Below are positions 63,903-64,000 of a stretch of 64,000 nucleotides of DNA, one piece after another. The notes under the pieces are model-generated. The model did no database searches. It worked only from the letters and a program-made list of their open reading frames with translations, and was not told the DNA's origin. Source of the DNA: Eledone cirrhosa (lineage: Eukaryota); assembly GCA_964016885.1 (NCBI GenBank), contig OZ024745.1, positions 77,500,001 through 77,564,000 on the forward strand, given 5' to 3'. Position numbers and translations under genes: made by a program. Position 1 is the first letter of the stretch. Every line of letters begins with the position of its first letter.

Positions 63903-64000
63903 TGTCTGTGTTGAACAAAAAGGTGACGTGGTCGCCTAAACACTGTACAGCGTAATCAGGGGTGTTTGTTTGTTTAAAAACAAACAAACCGAGCATTATA

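Larger units (their letters stand above)
63258..64000. mobile_element. Tandem + inverted array of a ~445-nt ORF-less HHR-bearing monomer; runs off the window end
   Basis: 63286-63398 repeats at 63734-63842 (period 444-448); 63843-64000 is an inverted copy. Confidence 0.8.

Overview
AT-rich eukaryotic (animal) genomic DNA, mostly intronic or intergenic and dense in transposons. The SINE and RTE repertoire resembles coleoid cephalopod (octopus-like) DNA; this is inferred from recalled repeat families, not from a database search. Contents: two large 5'-truncated RTE-clade LINE copies (2992-5844 +, 22308-24392 -) whose RT carries an inserted PHD-like C4HC3 finger, plus many RTE fragments and 3' tails. 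There are also remnants of CRE-clade and HERO-clade (RLE) LINEs and a Gypsy pol, several tRNA-derived SINE families, piggyBac-, hAT- and Tc/mariner-like MITEs, a Helitron end, a 22-bp minisatellite and many (TA)n tracts. Host-gene evidence is limited to candidate exons and a TATA/Inr promoter near 41.4 kb, suggesting a possible head-to-head gene pair. No gene could be named. The most interesting signal is a set of minimal type-I hammerhead ribozymes (HHRs) from several sequence families. One sits in an ORF-less ~445-nt monomer present in tandem, inverted and dispersed copies (63.3-64.0 kb and 24.5-24.8 kb), resembling a retrozyme or Penelope pseudo-LTR. Another family forms a near-perfect palindrome with 171-bp arms and one HHR on each strand (61.0-61.4 kb). 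All structures were read by eye; nothing was computed or searched.
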